A DNA stretch of 59,668 nucleotides from positions 1-59,668 of IMG/VR virus record IMGVR_UViG_3300009163_000037. One strand, given 5' to 3'. A program made the translations under genes and the position numbers. A model generated the notes under the pieces. The model was not told where the DNA came from. It worked only from the letters and a program-made list of their open reading frames with translations, and ran no database searches. This DNA comes from a virus (taxonomy: Duplodnaviria; Caudoviricetes). Below are positions 25,701 through 38,042 of the stretch, piece after piece; the stretch's first letter is position 1, and every line of letters starts with the position of its first letter.

Positions 25701-28700
25701 AGTTTTTTAAGCGCGCAAGTATGCCACCCTGTACAGCGTCATAACGGCCCTTAACAACATCAGAGCCATTTACAGCCCAAAATTCAGATGGGTTGAAGTA
25801 CTCATAATGCTCTTTTGGAACCATACCAAGAACAAGCATTTCTCTTGCAAAATCTGCACTAGATCCACCATTTTGCAAAGCCTCCAATGTGGCCTTTATT
25901 TGTTCGTAGATTTTTTCTGCACCTTTGGGAACCTCTATTGCGCCCATATGGTTATTTCCATAATGGGATTCCATTAGCGCAGCAAAGAAAAGCTTTTCAT
26001 TGGGCGTCTTGGCATTCTTATTAGCCTTTGCCAACTGGGATGCCCAGGCTTTGCGAATGGCCTGTTGAACCTTGGCTGGCATCATGCGCTCAAGGTGATG
26101 CAAGATCTCGTGTACTGTTGTTAAATTAGATCCGCCTTCTTTAATAAGAGTCATTATGCGTCTATAGGCGTTGTATTGCCCACCTACACCAGCCTTACTT
26201 TTACCAACAATACTAATACCCAGCCCCTCAACTAAGCTTTCGTTTTGCACCATAAACCAAGTAGCCAAATCACGAGCTTCACGGGTAATATCGCCAGACA
26301 AAACAGCTTCATTCAATCTCTTTTGAATGTGCAAGAAACCGCGTTTGCGTTCAGCAACATCTTTTTCAGATTGAAGTTCTTCATCCGCAAGAATAGCGGC
26401 ATCCGATCTTTCAACATATTGCTCATCGGTCATGCGACCATCTTTGCGCATTCGGTTGTAAGTCTTTAAAGTACGCTTTAAAGAGGTGGAGCGTTTTTTC
26501 TCTTCTTCTTTAACGTAACCATCAAGGCTATAAAAGTTTCTTTCTTTTGGCTCTTTTGGTTTTCCTGGAGCCTCTTCTTCAGTCTTAACCTCAAGCTTGG
26601 CTACCTCAGTCTCACGGCCAGCCACCTTGCGCTCAACCTTCAGCTGGGGCGCAGCTGGCTTTTCTGCTGGGCCTAGAACCTCAACTTCAGGATCGCGAAC
26701 CATAACCTTGTTAGAGTCTTCAGCAAAGTCAAACCCAAACTTCTTGTACAGGTCTTCCAGCTGCTGGCTATCAAGGCCAAAGTTCTTTTCCTTGACGTTT
26801 ACAAGGGGAACCGGCTCAATGTAGAGAGTAACTCCATACTGGTCAGCGGCATCAACGATGTTTTGGAGCGCCTCGTTGGCCTTCCCCTGGTTGCGCTTGG
26901 CCTGGTCTACCAGCAAAGCATTGATCACCAGGTCGGTGGACTCACCCTGACCTGTCAGGACGGCATTCTTGTTCTGGAATAGGACAAGCTGGGGCGTTAG
27001 CGAGATACGCACGCCGTCTTTCTCAAACGTACGATGGGGCTCGCCACCTTTGTCAACGTAGGTGCGCGGGTTATCAAGAGCCAACACCTCGTAACCGTCA
27101 TTGAACAGCACGGAGGCCATAGGGTAGCGTAGGTTGCGTCCCTCTGGCGTTTCTACGGGCTTAGCCTCCTCTTGTTTGCTTATGTATCCAAACTTTTCAG
27201 CATTTTTTATTGATTTTGCATCCATTGATAAAGGAATATTTTTAACCCCAGAATCACGCAGATATGCATATCTATGTCGCCCATCTCCAAAAACGATAGC
27301 TCCATTTTTATCTACGGAAACATTTGGTGCCTCTATAGATTTTGCATCTTTAATAAATTCTGCAAATTTTTTGTATCGGCCTTCTATCCCACCCTCTCCG
27401 CCTTCGCCAACATATTGCCATGTTGTTTTGGAAAAGGCTTTATCAAAAACATCAGTGTTAACTTCAACTAATTGATTTCCCTTTTCCAGTGGGTGCATTG
27501 TTACTGGAACATCTTTTCCATTAACTTGAATAACATCTTCAGTTTTTGCGGGAGTTTTTTCTTGCTCTTGCTGGAACGCTAAGTCAAACTTTTTCATGGC
27601 GGCATCGTAAACTTTACGGCCTGCCAAGAATTCATCATCACCAATCTCTTGAGCGCGATAAGCTTTTTGTATTTTTTCAAATTCTTTAATGGCTACATTG
27701 GATTCATCCAACGCTTTTTGGTACTCCTTTGATGGAGGCACTTCTTGTATTTCTTGTTTTCCATTAATTATGTAACGGGCGATAGTGGCTGCTTCCTCCA
27801 AGTCACCATCGTAGTACTTGTCTTGGAATTCAGAGCTGTCAATGGCTTTTTCATCAGCCTCTGTAGCGCCATCAAATGCATTGGGATCAACGCCGTAATA
27901 GGTGCGAGTCAAGCGCTCAGCTGGCGTCATGCTCTCAGCATTGTTAGCCATGAAGAATGCATAAGCAAATCCTTCAGGCGTCAACGAACGGGCGTACTTG
28001 TCCTTGCCGCTTAGTTTGACTATCTTTGAACCTTCAGTCGGCTCAACAGGGGCCATAGGCAGATCATTGTCAAAGTTACCCCACAGCAGGGTTTTCTTTG
28101 TGTATGGATCGCCGTAGTAGTTGGGATCAAATGTTAGGTGAGCTGGCGGCAGATTGTTCAGCTTTGCAATACGGCCAACAGGGTTCTCCATTGCCCAGAT
28201 CTTTGGCTGGAGAAACTCAACTGTACGCAGTACTTGTTTTACTAGCTCATTGCTAATCTCTGTCTGTCCTTTGGCATCTTTCTTGGCCCAGAACTGAGCG
28301 CCTGAAGAAGCAAAGTCTGTGCATGGAGGGGCTGCAAGAATGCCCCAGATTTCCATATCGCCAAATCCTTCGTTAAGAAGGTACTCTGCACCAAAGTCGT
28401 TAATGTCTTCGCCTGTTTGGATATCAAAGGTATAGACACTGTAGCCGGCTTCTTGCCAGGGCTTAGCCCACTCACCAGACGCATCAAACAGGCTCATGAT
28501 TGTCCTGTTGAAATTCTTGCTGGTCTTGCCTTGGCGCTTGGCTTCTGCTTTCCATTCTTCTAATTGAGCTTTGGCCTCTTCAGGCGTCAGCATTTCGGTT
28601 GGTTTAGGCTTTGCAGGATTTTCAGCCGCGTGCATCAATGCGTTATAACGAATGTCAAACGGATTTTCTTCATCCCGCGTTTTGCTTAACAGCTCACCAA

Positions 28701-31614
28701 CAGTGGAGGAGTCGGCTTCAAAAGGAACAATTTTAACGCCTTCTTCTTCAGGAGCCTCTTCAGCAAGAAGATCTTTCTGCCCACGCGCAGCCGCAACATC
28801 AGCAGCACGATCACTGCCTGTTAAAGTAAATTCACCAACCTCTTTGTCAGCCTTAGCCCTGTCTTCAGCCTCTTTATTAGCCTTAGCTTCAGCGGCCTCC
28901 GCTGCCTCTGCCTTGTTACGATACTCTTCTTTGGCCCTTAATCCTTCTGGGGTTGGTTTAGTAAGCGTTTCTCCTTCATCTGGCTCAGAAGGTGGAATCT
29001 TGCTTTCGGGCTCAACGCTGCGAGCATTGATTTCACCCTCTCTTTGTTCGTCTGCTGCTTTTTGAAGCTCAAGATTTTGCTCCTCAGTGGTTAGGTAATC
29101 GTTAACAAGTTCTTCTGCGTCTTTAACAGAACCAAATATTGTTTCAATCTCTACTTGTGCGTCATAAGGAATGTAGTCCGCTGAACGCATCTTGTCTTTG
29201 ATGTACTCTTCTGCGGCCTGACCGTCAAAGTTAGGGACATCTGTCCGCATTTTGTACGGCAAAAATTCATTTAGGTCTCCATCTGAAACCATGTCTGCAA
29301 TTGATTTGCCGCCTTGTTTAGCTTTAAGCTTCTTTTGATAAAGCTGTGGCTTTTTACCAAACAGCTCAGCCATATCGGAGTCACCTAGCTTGCCGGTCAA
29401 CGCTGACCACAAACTAAGTTTTGGACTACCTTTAATCTGGCTAATATCTCTTTCACCTTTTGCAACTCGCGTTTCAGCATCAGCAACTTCTTCTGGCTTG
29501 GGAACAGCGCGGCGAATTAATTGCTGGGCTTGTGCAGCAGAGTCGTTGGCACGCTTGATTGCAAGATTGAATTTTTCTGGATTAGCGCGTTTTTGATCGT
29601 TTTCCAGGGCGTAGTGGCCCGACAAAAGCTGCAAACCATCAGACAATAAATTGCTGTATTGGGTCTTTAAATTACCCAACCCTAAAGGAAACTTCTTATC
29701 GTTAACTTGATAGCCAAGATTATTAAGCGCTGTGGTTATATCTTGGATAGATGAGCTTACTTTTTCAAAAGCAGCTTTTGCTTCAGGTGATGCCGTCTTT
29801 TGAAATGTATCGTAATACTTTTGTTCATTAGGCTGCAAAAACTCAGACCATTTAAAGCCTTCTTCTTTAGCCTCAGTCTTGCCTTGCTTTGCCTGAAACT
29901 CTTGTAACTTTTCTTTGTAAAAGGGAAGGGAGTTTTCTTTCACCATTCCTTTTGAAAGGCTTCCGCGCATTGCATCCGCAAAACCCTTTTCACCAGCGGC
30001 CTCTATTTGATCCGCAATACCAGATACCTCTTGCTCAAATGGAGTCAAAGTCTTTTTGGGAGCTTTCTCTTTGTACTCTGCATCAATGCGCGCCTTCTCA
30101 GCTTCAAGCCTATCGTACTGCTCTTGCGTAATACGGCCTTCTCTGACGGCATCTGGGGCTTTAGCATATGCAGAGTCAATTAATTTCTTTTGCTCTTCAA
30201 TTGGGCGCTCACCCAGATTGCTTAGCGTTAGTCTTTCAGCAGGGGCTGCGGGCGCTTGTTGTCCTTGCGCTTCTGCTTCGACGGCTTTAGGGGCTTCAAC
30301 GGCACTTGGGATTCCTTCAATAGAAACAGGGGTTGGGGTAGTTGGAGCTTGCTCCTCCATTTGCTTGCGAACAAATGGGCCAGTCTCTGCAACTGTTGGT
30401 TGAATTTGAGCTTTAGGTTCTTTAACTGTCGCAGCTGATACAGTTGGTTTCTCTCCTAGCGCTTCACGCAGCATAGCCTCCGTATCCATAGACTCGGAAG
30501 GGGCAGCTGCAAGCGGGCCTTTGCTTGGAGCTACAGGCGGCACTCCAGGCGGCGGTGGAACTTCCGCTTCAGGGGCTCCAGGCGGGGCTTTCCTTCTACC
30601 GGCCAGGGCAGTAGCTCCAACACCCATAGCGCCACCAGTCACTATGCCCATACCACCGGCTTCAGCAGTTCCCTCCATTAGCGGTCTGCCTTGGGCGTAG
30701 TTCATCCACATCTGCTCTTGAACAGACTGTGGAAACTCCTCAAACAAACCTTCAGATACGCCCGCAGCGGAGGCTCTTAAGGCAAAGTCTTTAACTGATT
30801 TTGCTCCACCCATAGTGGAGCCACTAGCCAGCAATGTATCTATATCATCAAGTCCAAGCTTGTTAGCCAACTTGCCGCCAGCAATACCAAACGCAGCTGT
30901 ACCTAAGCCGGAACCTACAGCTGATGCAACCTGCTTACCACTTAGTAGTTGGTCTTTTGACTCTTGGCGCATTTGCTCTGCTGCACTACCAGCACCAACT
31001 ACACCCTCGCCCAATGCGCCTGCCAAGTAAGGCGCCAAAGCTGGGGCTGCTTTCATCAAGCCTTTAGCTACTCCTGCGCCGCCAAGCATTGATGCCAATG
31101 ACTCTATTCCTGCTTGAGCAACAACACTTGGGTTTTCAAGTGCGGCGCCTACTGTAGGAAGTAAACCTTTTGTTTCACTTACCCGGCGGCTGGCAGCTTG
31201 TTGGGCCTCGGAGTAATAACTGTCCAAAATTTCCTTAGCGTCTTTAGGCTTAAACCCAGCGTCTTGCAAAAGTTTGCCGGCGTAACCCATTGTTGGCAGG
31301 TCAGCCACACCAACAGCAAATTCAGGAACAGCAATTGCACTTTTAAGAAACGCAATCCCAAGATCTTTAGTTGTACCGGAAAGGGTGCGTTCTGGGATTT
31401 CTTGCTTTCTCTTTTCAACAGCAGCCAAATAAGCATCCCTGCCCATGCCAGTAATCTGGCCCTCAACATTTTTTGTGATGGCGCTGGCCCCTGGAGATGG
31501 CGCAGGGCTCCAGCTACTAGCAGCAATCTGCTGTAACTCTAAATCCGTAGCATCAGCTGGCCCTTCAATATTGAGAATGGAACCGTCAGGAGCTTGGACT
31601 TTAAAGATAGGCAT
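22744..31614 (-). CDS. giant polyvalent virion/ejection protein: C5 DNA methyltransferase-like, ParB-like, GNAT, zincin HExxH and LPD38-like domains
   Basis: [21 protein letters not shown] (MTase), GDGRHR (ParB), KRNQGKA...LYKKFGF (GNAT), HEILH (peptidase); Gly/Ala-rich N-terminus. Confidence 0.8.
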   Translation of the reverse strand: MPIFKVQAPDGSILNIEGPADATDLELQQIAASSWSPAPSPGASAITKNVEGQITGMGRDAYLAAVEKRKQEIPERTLSGTTKDLGIAFLKSAIAVPEFAVGVADLPTMGYAGKLLQDAGFKPKDAKEILDSYYSEAQQAASRRVSETKGLLPTVGAALENPSVVAQAGIESLASMLGGAGVAKGLMKAAPALAPYLAGALGEGVVGAGSAAEQMRQESKDQLLSGKQVASAVGSGLGTAAFGIAGGKLANKLGLDDIDTLLASGSTMGGAKSVKDFALRASAAGVSEGLFEEFPQSVQEQMWMNYAQGRPLMEGTAEAGGMGIVTGGAMGVGATALAGRRKAPPGAPEAEVPPPPGVPPVAPSKGPLAAAPSESMDTEAMLREALGEKPTVSAATVKEPKAQIQPTVAETGPFVRKQMEEQAPTTPTPVSIEGIPSAVEAPKAVEAEAQGQQAPAAPAERLTLSNLGERPIEEQKKLIDSAYAKAPDAVREGRITQEQYDRLEAEKARIDAEYKEKAPKKTLTPFEQEVSGIADQIEAAGEKGFADAMRGSLSKGMVKENSLPFYKEKLQEFQAKQGKTEAKEEGFKWSEFLQPNEQKYYDTFQKTASPEAKAAFEKVSSSIQDITTALNNLGYQVNDKKFPLGLGNLKTQYSNLLSDGLQLLSGHYALENDQKRANPEKFNLAIKRANDSAAQAQQLIRRAVPKPEEVADAETRVAKGERDISQIKGSPKLSLWSALTGKLGDSDMAELFGKKPQLYQKKLKAKQGGKSIADMVSDGDLNEFLPYKMRTDVPNFDGQAAEEYIKDKMRSADYIPYDAQVEIETIFGSVKDAEELVNDYLTTEEQNLELQKAADEQREGEINARSVEPESKIPPSEPDEGETLTKPTPEGLRAKEEYRNKAEAAEAAEAKANKEAEDRAKADKEVGEFTLTGSDRAADVAAARGQKDLLAEEAPEEEGVKIVPFEADSSTVGELLSKTRDEENPFDIRYNALMHAAENPAKPKPTEMLTPEEAKAQLEEWKAEAKRQGKTSKNFNRTIMSLFDASGEWAKPWQEAGYSVYTFDIQTGEDINDFGAEYLLNEGFGDMEIWGILAAPPCTDFASSGAQFWAKKDAKGQTEISNELVKQVLRTVEFLQPKIWAMENPVGRIAKLNNLPPAHLTFDPNYYGDPYTKKTLLWGNFDNDLPMAPVEPTEGSKIVKLSGKDKYARSLTPEGFAYAFFMANNAESMTPAERLTRTYYGVDPNAFDGATEADEKAIDSSEFQDKYYDGDLEEAATIARYIINGKQEIQEVPPSKEYQKALDESNVAIKEFEKIQKAYRAQEIGDDEFLAGRKVYDAAMKKFDLAFQQEQEKTPAKTEDVIQVNGKDVPVTMHPLEKGNQLVEVNTDVFDKAFSKTTWQYVGEGGEGGIEGRYKKFAEFIKDAKSIEAPNVSVDKNGAIVFGDGRHRYAYLRDSGVKNIPLSMDAKSIKNAEKFGYISKQEEAKPVETPEGRNLRYPMASVLFNDGYEVLALDNPRTYVDKGGEPHRTFEKDGVRISLTPQLVLFQNKNAVLTGQGESTDLVINALLVDQAKRNQGKANEALQNIVDAADQYGVTLYIEPVPLVNVKEKNFGLDSQQLEDLYKKFGFDFAEDSNKVMVRDPEVEVLGPAEKPAAPQLKVERKVAGRETEVAKLEVKTEEEAPGKPKEPKERNFYSLDGYVKEEEKKRSTSLKRTLKTYNRMRKDGRMTDEQYVERSDAAILADEELQSEKDVAERKRGFLHIQKRLNEAVLSGDITREARDLATWFMVQNESLVEGLGISIVGKSKAGVGGQYNAYRRIMTLIKEGGSNLTTVHEILHHLERMMPAKVQQAIRKAWASQLAKANKNAKTPNEKLFFAALMESHYGNNHMGAIEVPKGAEKIYEQIKATLEALQNGGSSADFAREMLVLGMVPKEHYEYFNPSEFWAVNGSDVVKGRYDAVQGGILARLKNWLKELGQKIKSIFGLNSDASIIRALDSLAKSDGKLITHNMLGEGDYFSIERKNFRGNEAPEPVFEAPIPNAMDTFAYNFLDKQHDLKSVMQEIRKVRGELVNEQIDPYLKNESYVSRKAAREEVFIDDEIMPIVKEMYDNKVSILELEAYMHNRHAEERNIQVAKINPSLPDGGSGITTKDALKYLTELPQDKLKIYNKIAKMFDGIVDGTQDILVKSGAEIQDTVNSWNTAYEHYVPLQREDLDFVHHGVGTGGGFGTRGSFSKRAFGSTKDVANILQNIVLQRKRAIDRAEKIRIGKSLMGLVLTNPNPNFWLPVNPNALKSIKKFKEEVQSLGISADEAENMIQEPKTPTIDKETGLVKYAVNPAMRSMDNVFPVRINGQDWFIIFNPSDERALRMVKSLRNLDVEKLGIFLGTAGMITRWISAINTQYNPIFGFFNFGRDVGTGMLQLTTTELAGQQDKVRKSILPAMAAIYKNQRGWDKSEGNEVFEKGELSPQEWRDLHRRWKLAGGGTGITANFIQQKTRLEKLEKGWGIKGLLSVRATTDELSLLDKKLAEMDRGKINAGLHYLFEYLSDYNDSMEGAVRLAVFKVAVIDNGMSDDKGASLSKNATLNFDKKGAVVPKLQTWFSFINPGIQGAVTVKKVLTGPKGKAIIASGIGLGIMQALVLAAAGFDDDDPPEFVKAKAFVVPTGGGKYFVMYPPYPPGFSMLPGIGRMLTEAFMIKTKMMKSNETASDKIFDILPMMLDSVNPLGIGASWQQIMPTPVDPIANVLMNQDAFGRPIARKDRPGEETPGYERSRESASAISKGIAYFLNWSSSPAGTLHTKGKISPTADQLDYLAEQYFGGVFREMVKAGESVRAKVAGEEQPMYRVPVAGKFLGETKTPAAISSRFYDNLERMNTFEHEIKQRETNKEPTDKYMKANPTAFMWKEANAAQRDVSKLNKEKRLAIERKASKEEIKKIDERKTERMKEFNDKVRATQ

Positions 31615-33308
31615 TATCGTAATACTTTAAATTGATTAGCGCGGGAAGCTGGCAATTGCGGAGCGGCCGGAGTCTCCGATCCCATAGATGATATGCTATT
31701 TCCTTCGCCGCTAAACCATTTTTCAAGAGCGCTTTTTTCTTCTTTGACGGGTGGCGGAGCAAAGTCCTCATACTTGGGAAGATCGCTTATCGGCGCTGGA
31801 GTTAAATTAAATTCTTTGTAAGCTCTTTCACGAATTTTGTCGCGGGAAGCCCTTAAAAATTTACCTTCTTGCGAGTCTAATTTATCAATAGGAAGGGCGG
31901 CAATACGCTTATTAATTTCAGCGTAATCGGAGTTAGTGCGCAATAAATTGCGTTCAATATTGTTAATTATTTTGTCTTCAGCCGTTAGCTTTGTACCTGC
32001 TAACTGATCCATTTGCTCTTTTCTAAGAGCTAGTTCAGCATTTTTTGTAGCCTCTTGCATCCTAAGCCGCGCTTTTTCAATCTCAGCTTGAGAAGCATTG
32101 TGGCGCACTCTTTCGTCGTAATCCAACTTTGCTTGTTTTTCAAGTGCTTTGTAATGCGCCAGCGTACCTTGCATTTGCTGCTCTTGCGTAGCTTGCGAAA
32201 GAACTTTCTCTCCAGCTTGAAGCTTAGCTGCATCAATCTTGGCTTGGCGTTCTGCAATGGATTTCTTAAGTTCCATAGCGTCATTAACACGGCCTTCAGC
32301 AAATGCGCGTTGCATTGCCTCTGTATCAGCTTGAAGCTTGGTAACCTCAATATCCTGAGCGCGCTCTAGTGCAGACTGGGCTTGCTTGCGCTTGATTTCG
32401 TCGGCTGTAGCTGCGTTATAAGACTTACCAAAGCCACCAAATGCTTCGCCCAAGCCCAATCCTTTTTGACCGCGTGTAGCTTCACCGGCTGAGATCAAAG
32501 CATTAGACAGCGCTGCAAGACCCATCTTTCCTTCGCCTTCTTGAAACTGTGACTTGGATGCTTCATTCTGAGCTTGAAGTTTTGATACCAAAGCCATTAA
32601 CGTATCGCCAGGAATCTTGTTTAAGATTGCTGCCATCTGAGGATTCTTTTTAATCAATTCCTCACGAACAGCTTCTTTGTCTACAGGAGCGGGAATATTA
32701 GATTCCCCCCTCAATGCAGCGCGCAATGCTTGCGTAGCATCGCCTACCAATGATGAAACCCCGCTAGGCTGAGTAACAGGTTTTTCCAAATTACCCATAT
32801 TGGCTCTAGCTTCCGCTTCACCAGCAGTGCCTTCACCCATTTCACCACCGCCACCAGGGACTAGCTCGCCTTCAGCAAACGCAACTATCCCACCAGGGGC
32901 GTATTTAAAGATATCCTTATTCATGGGGATGTTGGTCAACCCGCCAGCGGCCATGCGCGCAGGAGCCATTTGAGGCATTGCCTGCATGGGAGGACGCGGC
33001 ATCTGCTGCGGCATCTGCTGAGGCATAGGCGGACGCTGTGGAGGCATTCCAGCTGGCATTCCTTGAGGAGGCATTCCTTGGCTCACAGGAGGGGGCATAA
33101 CGGACGGAAGGCCGCTCATCTCAGACTCAAGCTGCTCTTTAACAGACTGAGTAGGCGCCTGTGTAGCGCGATTTTCCATTGCTTTACGGCGGTTTAATTC
33201 GCCCAATGCCATGTACGGAGGTACTTCAGGATTCTGCCCGTTGGCATAACCCATGATTGCCTGAATAGGTAGATCCTTCAGGTTTTCTTGAATTTCAATG
33301 AGGTTCAT
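31614..33308 (-). CDS. putative internal virion (ejection) protein
   Basis: Pro/Met-rich segment, MAAGG and YAPGG motifs, coiled coil. Confidence 0.65.
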   Translation of the reverse strand: MNLIEIQENLKDLPIQAIMGYANGQNPEVPPYMALGELNRRKAMENRATQAPTQSVKEQLESEMSGLPSVMPPPVSQGMPPQGMPAGMPPQRPPMPQQMPQQMPRPPMQAMPQMAPARMAAGGLTNIPMNKDIFKYAPGGIVAFAEGELVPGGGGEMGEGTAGEAEARANMGNLEKPVTQPSGVSSLVGDATQALRAALRGESNIPAPVDKEAVREELIKKNPQMAAILNKIPGDTLMALVSKLQAQNEASKSQFQEGEGKMGLAALSNALISAGEATRGQKGLGLGEAFGGFGKSYNAATADEIKRKQAQSALERAQDIEVTKLQADTEAMQRAFAEGRVNDAMELKKSIAERQAKIDAAKLQAGEKVLSQATQEQQMQGTLAHYKALEKQAKLDYDERVRHNASQAEIEKARLRMQEATKNAELALRKEQMDQLAGTKLTAEDKIINNIERNLLRTNSDYAEINKRIAALPIDKLDSQEGKFLRASRDKIRERAYKEFNLTPAPISDLPKYEDFAPPPVKEEKSALEKWFSGEGNSISSMGSETPAAPQLPASRANQFKVLR

Positions 33309-33317
33309 TTTGGTTCC

Positions 33318-34196
33318 TTAAGACCCTACGTCAAGGCCTAAGCCTTTAAGTAATTCGCCAACATCTTTGTAGCCGAAAGCTGATGCTGCTGCGGTGGCGC
33401 CGCCAAGTGAGCTTAACAGTGAGCCAATGCCGGTCAATGAACCAGGTTGGTTTGTTACTGAAGACACAGGCAGGCCAGACATCATGTCGCGCTGGAACTG
33501 TACCTGCTGATATGGGAACTGACGCTGGGTTTCAAATTCAGCTTTGTCAGCTGCAACGCCTTCAGCTGTAATGCCACGCTGCGTATTGCCTGCGGCTCCA
33601 AGCATATTTGAAAGCGTTTGGCCTTGAGTCTGCTCAGTATTGAACTGATTCATAGCCTTATCGTAGGCGTTAGCGTAGCCCTGACCAACAGTCTCGTTCT
33701 GTTTTTGCATCAAGTTACGTTGGTTTTCAGCATTCATAATGGCATTACGGCTACCACCAAACGCGCCTTGCGATGTCATCTTTGCGTTGTTGCCCATCTG
33801 TGTAATTTCAGATTGACGGCGTAATTCGTCAAGCTGAGGCGTTAAAACAGACTGCAAATATGGATTCATGTATTGCGCAGCTAACCCTGGCGTGCCTGTT
33901 TGGTCAGGTGTAACGCCGTTTTGTGGCAGCTGGTATGCACCGGTAGAGCTAAACGATTGGCCTAAGTTACTAGGGAATGTTAAGCTTGCAAGCCCTTGAA
34001 ATTGTTTGTTCTGAAGATCAGAAGGGCCAGCAGTGAGCGGGCCACCATATACCTGATAAGGTTGGTTGGACAGCGCTTGGGCTTGGCCTAGGTAATTGGT
34101 AATGTAAGGGGATGCCCAATCGGATATCCCTTGCATATTAGTTCCGCCAGTTGTCAGATTGTTATCCAATGTCGACGGTGATTGTGGTGTAGCCAT
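33318..34196 (-). CDS. putative DNA-injection/pilot protein
   Basis: YMNPY...GAFGGSR motif, Gln-rich, Gly-rich hydrophobic tail. Confidence 0.65.
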   Translation of the reverse strand: MATPQSPSTLDNNLTTGGTNMQGISDWASPYITNYLGQAQALSNQPYQVYGGPLTAGPSDLQNKQFQGLASLTFPSNLGQSFSSTGAYQLPQNGVTPDQTGTPGLAAQYMNPYLQSVLTPQLDELRRQSEITQMGNNAKMTSQGAFGGSRNAIMNAENQRNLMQKQNETVGQGYANAYDKAMNQFNTEQTQGQTLSNMLGAAGNTQRGITAEGVAADKAEFETQRQFPYQQVQFQRDMMSGLPVSSVTNQPGSLTGIGSLLSSLGGATAAASAFGYKDVGELLKGLGLDVGS

Positions 34197-34205
34197 GATG
34201 GCTCC

Positions 34206-35891
34206 TTATGCAGGTAAATATTTTGCCGCTTTAGTATCAGCGGCAACGTTTTTGGTTTTACGGCGGGCGTGTTGGACGCGATCCATCATTTCGTAGAGGC
34301 GTTGTGCGCCCGAATCTGTAGAGCCATTTCCTAGCTCGGAGACAATTCTTGCTGGTACAACAAACTCACCTGTAGCTAGGCGGGCTGGTTGTTTGCCGCC
34401 TATTGTCGCAGGGATTGAGTCAGAAACGCCATCTCCAGGGCCACGCAAAAGGCGTCCGCCATCAGAATATCCACCTAGATGACCTCCGCCGTTAAGCGAC
34501 ATTAGGCCGCCTCCGGCTGCTTTAGTTGAGTAGGTTGTCGGGCTAAAGTAGTTAATTCCACCTTGGCCTGGACGTCCGCCACCACCGCCATAAGGGAGCT
34601 GCTTACGATCAGCAGATAACGATGGGATAGTTGCGCCACTGCTTCCGCTACCGCCACCTTTATTCATCATAGCCATCAAAGCCATGAGCATCATCATCAT
34701 GCCCATGTTGTTGCCGGATCCAGCTGTTGCGGCGCCCGGCTTTTTAGTGGTGTCAGTTGTTTTTTTGGTTGCGGTATCTACTAATTTCTTAATAACATCA
34801 TCTGTATTTTTTGTAACAGTGTCTTTAATTGTGTCAAGAGTTTTGTTATTAACATCAACTGTTTTGCCGGTATCTGTAATAACTCCATCTTTACTTGTAG
34901 TTAAGACTTTGCCATCAGTAGTAATGACGGTCTTTGTACCATCAGCATTTTCAATAGTTTTACCGCCGCCTGGAACGTATCCTTTACCGCCTGTGGTGTC
35001 AACGTAACCTGACGTTTTTGACTCAAGTAAACCCTTCTTATCCATGTTTGCAACTTGAGCAGCTGTCAAAGAATAAGATTCTCCGGTTTCGGTGTTAATG
35101 GCGTTGGCAGTACCGTCATCACGAACATTAACTAAGTCAGAGCCAACTTTTTGCCATCCGCTAGGCGTAGTATTTTTAGCCCATTGTGCTTGAGCTTCAT
35201 CAATATTGCTTTGAGAAATGCCCAACTCTTGAGGCTTATAAAGGCTTGCAAGTCCTGCATCCCTATCATCTCTGTCAGCGGGATCCATATTCTCAGCATC
35301 TTTTGCCCGCTGCTGCTCTTCAGCAAAACGCTGTGCAACAGTTTTTATCGACCCATCTGCATTGCGGCCAACTTCAAGATTTGGGTTATCGTCACTAGGC
35401 GGATTAAAGATTGATCGCGTGCTTCCAGACTCATCAGCCAAGTCGCCCATGCCAAGGTTTTCAGTTTTTGTAGAACTAGTTCCCATTAACTCTGCAAGTT
35501 GATCTTCTAGTGGAGCATAGTCCCCAGGAGCAATATTAAGATTTTGTCGCGCAACAGGAGCTTCGCTTGATAAAGACCTTGTAAGGCTTTCATCACCACC
35601 ACCAATATCTTTAAGAAAACTCTCAAGATCTAGGTTTTGCCCACCAACACGTTCTGTTTGGAGACCTTCAAGAATGCTATTAAGGTCAATGCCTTGGTCT
35701 CCAAGACTACCAAGATCCATGTTGCCAAGATCAAGATCGCCAACATTAAAATCACCAAGACTGCTAAGATCAAGATCACCAACATTAAAATCAGAAAGGC
35801 TGCCAAGATCAAGGCCGCCCATGTCAAAGTTGGACATATCGGTGTCGCCACCGCCAAACAGACTGCCAAAGTCAAACTCATCTTCACCCAT
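34206..35891 (-). CDS. putative virion protein with acidic N-terminal repeats and conserved GPGDGVSDSIPA...GEFV C-terminal domain
   Basis: Sequence motifs; location in ejection-protein cluster. Confidence 0.65.
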   Translation of the reverse strand: MGEDEFDFGSLFGGGDTDMSNFDMGGLDLGSLSDFNVGDLDLSSLGDFNVGDLDLGNMDLGSLGDQGIDLNSILEGLQTERVGGQNLDLESFLKDIGGGDESLTRSLSSEAPVARQNLNIAPGDYAPLEDQLAELMGTSSTKTENLGMGDLADESGSTRSIFNPPSDDNPNLEVGRNADGSIKTVAQRFAEEQQRAKDAENMDPADRDDRDAGLASLYKPQELGISQSNIDEAQAQWAKNTTPSGWQKVGSDLVNVRDDGTANAINTETGESYSLTAAQVANMDKKGLLESKTSGYVDTTGGKGYVPGGGKTIENADGTKTVITTDGKVLTTSKDGVITDTGKTVDVNNKTLDTIKDTVTKNTDDVIKKLVDTATKKTTDTTKKPGAATAGSGNNMGMMMMLMALMAMMNKGGGSGSSGATIPSLSADRKQLPYGGGGGRPGQGGINYFSPTTYSTKAAGGGLMSLNGGGHLGGYSDGGRLLRGPGDGVSDSIPATIGGKQPARLATGEFVVPARIVSELGNGSTDSGAQRLYEMMDRVQHARRKTKNVAADTKAAKYLPA

Positions 35892-35893
35892 GA

Positions 35894-38041
35894 TTATTCC
35901 TTCTTAGTGGCTGCTTTTAAGGCATCTTTTGCTGTAGTTTTTGCATTTTCAATGATTGTATTCATAATCGCCTTTTGAAAATCTGGCGTTTGACCTTGTA
36001 AAAGGCTGGTCAAAAGCTGTCCACTTACCCCACTAAACGCCTTTTGTAGCTCTGGGGAGAGTGTATCTGGCATTGCCCCCTTGATCAAGGAGTTCGTAGC
36101 CATGCCTGTACCTGTGTTTATCAGGGAAGCCAAGCCAGTTTTACCCAAATCCTGGCCGGTTGCAAGCGCGCTAAGTTCCGCTCCAGATAGGTTTGGTAGC
36201 GCCTTTGTAAGGTACTGATCCAACATTGGAACGCCCGTGTTCATAGTGGGCATATAGTTTTGGGCAAGCTGGGTTCCGGCACTACCTAAAGCACCACCAA
36301 CAAATCCTTTGCCAAAGTCTCCTCCGCCAAGAGAAGACATACCGCCGCTTACCAATCCTGAACCTAGCGCCTGGGACAGTACAGTTCCCATTCCGGCTTG
36401 AGCCAGCGCGCCAGCTGCAAGAGATCCTAGCCCGCCAGTAGCAGCCATTAAAGCCAGTTGACCTATTGGCCCCATTTTTTGTATATCGTGAACCGCGCCG
36501 CCAAGTACGCCGTAATTGTGGGCATCAGTTGGAATTGGGCTGGCTTTACCTGATGCATCCCAGCTTGGGACATACTTAACGTCATTACTTGCCCATAAAT
36601 CCCTACCTGGCAATGAGTACCCAGTAAGTTTGCCATTTAAATCATAACTGGCAGTAACATTCCAATCGCCATTTACATCTCCAGGCATTTTTACTTCTTT
36701 GGTGTAGCCGGTTAATGTTTCTTTTCTTTCTCCAGAATTTCTATCTCTGGACGTTTGATAAGTCGGCGTTGCATCTTTAGGTTGAGCCGGAATTTGCTCT
36801 GTGATTGTTTGTGTCCTTGGCTTGCCATCTCGGCCTGTTCCAACTGTCACCTCCCTTTGCCGGGTAGTAGGTTCGCTAAACTCAAGCTGGGCCGGCGTAT
36901 TGGATACAGTGTTTTTATCCAAGCCCATAAATGTCGCAAACATCCACGGCTGGGTTTTGCCGCCATACGACTCATCAGCAGCGTGTTTGCTTACATCAAT
37001 GACTTTTTGAATGGCTGCAGCCTGGTCGCCGTACTGGGCTTTAAGCGCAGGATCTTCGTTTACAGCGGCCACAAAGTCGGTATAGCCCTTAGCTACATCC
37101 ATGCCTTTAGCGGTTCCGGCCACAGAATCTCGCAACTCCAGCAGCGGTACTTTCTTTTGAATATTGTCTAGCGCAGCGCCATACAGACCAGAAAGGCGGG
37201 GATCTTTCTTGGATTCATCAATAAACGCCTGGATATCAGCAGCAGTTTTATTGGTAACTACATCTGTAAACCCAGTGGAAAAGTTTCTAATAGGGTCAAG
37301 GTAAGCTTTAATTTCATCAGCAGACTTACCCATCGACTTGGCAAGCTGGTCATCTGTAACACCGTACTGGTTCTGCAACTGTAACAGTGATTTAGTTTTA
37401 TCTGTATCACTGACAGTCGGCTCAGATAGCTTTCCAACCAGGCTGGTGATGCCGGTGTTAAACGTGTCAAAGATTTTATTGACAGCGGTAGAATTTAACC
37501 CTGAATATTGGGCTATTTCGGCTGGCGTCATGTTGTTGGTGATCGCCGCCTTATTGATAAGTCCAAGCTTGTCAAAGTCAGACTTGCTTGTATCAGCCAA
37601 TGTAGTGGTAATAATGTTCTTTAAATTACCGCCAATCTCTGGCTTTGCAGCTTGCTGGAATTGGGCTTTTTCAGTGGCATCAATAGTCTCGCCAAACTTT
37701 GGTTGCCAATACGCCAAGTCAGCTGCGGTGGAAGTGCGTCCTAGATTTTGGTGGTAAAGCTCATCCACCCCGGCTTCTTGCCTAAATTGAGCTGCTTGTT
37801 CAGGGGTAAGAGTAGCTCCGCCAAACCGTTGCGTCCAGTAATCAAGCCCAGGCTGGTCAGCAGCACGACCTAGGTTTTGCTGGTATAGGTCTTGAATGGA
37901 TACAGTTTGTGGTTGTACAACAGGAGCAGCCGGAGCAACTGTAACAGGTGGTACAGTTGGTGTAAATGCAGTTACAGGCGCCTGCTGCAAAGACGCCAAT
38001 CCAGCTGGATCATCCGCATATTGGGTTAGTGTATCTATCAT
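35894..38041 (-). CDS. putative virion protein with two DUF4214-like repeats and Gly-rich hydrophobic C-terminus
   Basis: LYQQNLGRAADQPGLDYW and LYHQNLGRTSTAADLAYW; start at MIDT. Confidence 0.6.
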   Translation of the reverse strand: MIDTLTQYADDPAGLASLQQAPVTAFTPTVPPVTVAPAAPVVQPQTVSIQDLYQQNLGRAADQPGLDYWTQRFGGATLTPEQAAQFRQEAGVDELYHQNLGRTSTAADLAYWQPKFGETIDATEKAQFQQAAKPEIGGNLKNIITTTLADTSKSDFDKLGLINKAAITNNMTPAEIAQYSGLNSTAVNKIFDTFNTGITSLVGKLSEPTVSDTDKTKSLLQLQNQYGVTDDQLAKSMGKSADEIKAYLDPIRNFSTGFTDVVTNKTAADIQAFIDESKKDPRLSGLYGAALDNIQKKVPLLELRDSVAGTAKGMDVAKGYTDFVAAVNEDPALKAQYGDQAAAIQKVIDVSKHAADESYGGKTQPWMFATFMGLDKNTVSNTPAQLEFSEPTTRQREVTVGTGRDGKPRTQTITEQIPAQPKDATPTYQTSRDRNSGERKETLTGYTKEVKMPGDVNGDWNVTASYDLNGKLTGYSLPGRDLWASNDVKYVPSWDASGKASPIPTDAHNYGVLGGAVHDIQKMGPIGQLALMAATGGLGSLAAGALAQAGMGTVLSQALGSGLVSGGMSSLGGGDFGKGFVGGALGSAGTQLAQNYMPTMNTGVPMLDQYLTKALPNLSGAELSALATGQDLGKTGLASLINTGTGMATNSLIKGAMPDTLSPELQKAFSGVSGQLLTSLLQGQTPDFQKAIMNTIIENAKTTAKDALKAATKKE

Positions 38042-38042
38042 A

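Noticed and set aside
30424-30445. aactgtcgca-gc-tgatacagtt as a sixth palindrome copy
   Set aside because: 2-bp spacer and extra mismatches; half-sites at ~7108, 37401 and 45235 are likewise too weak to call
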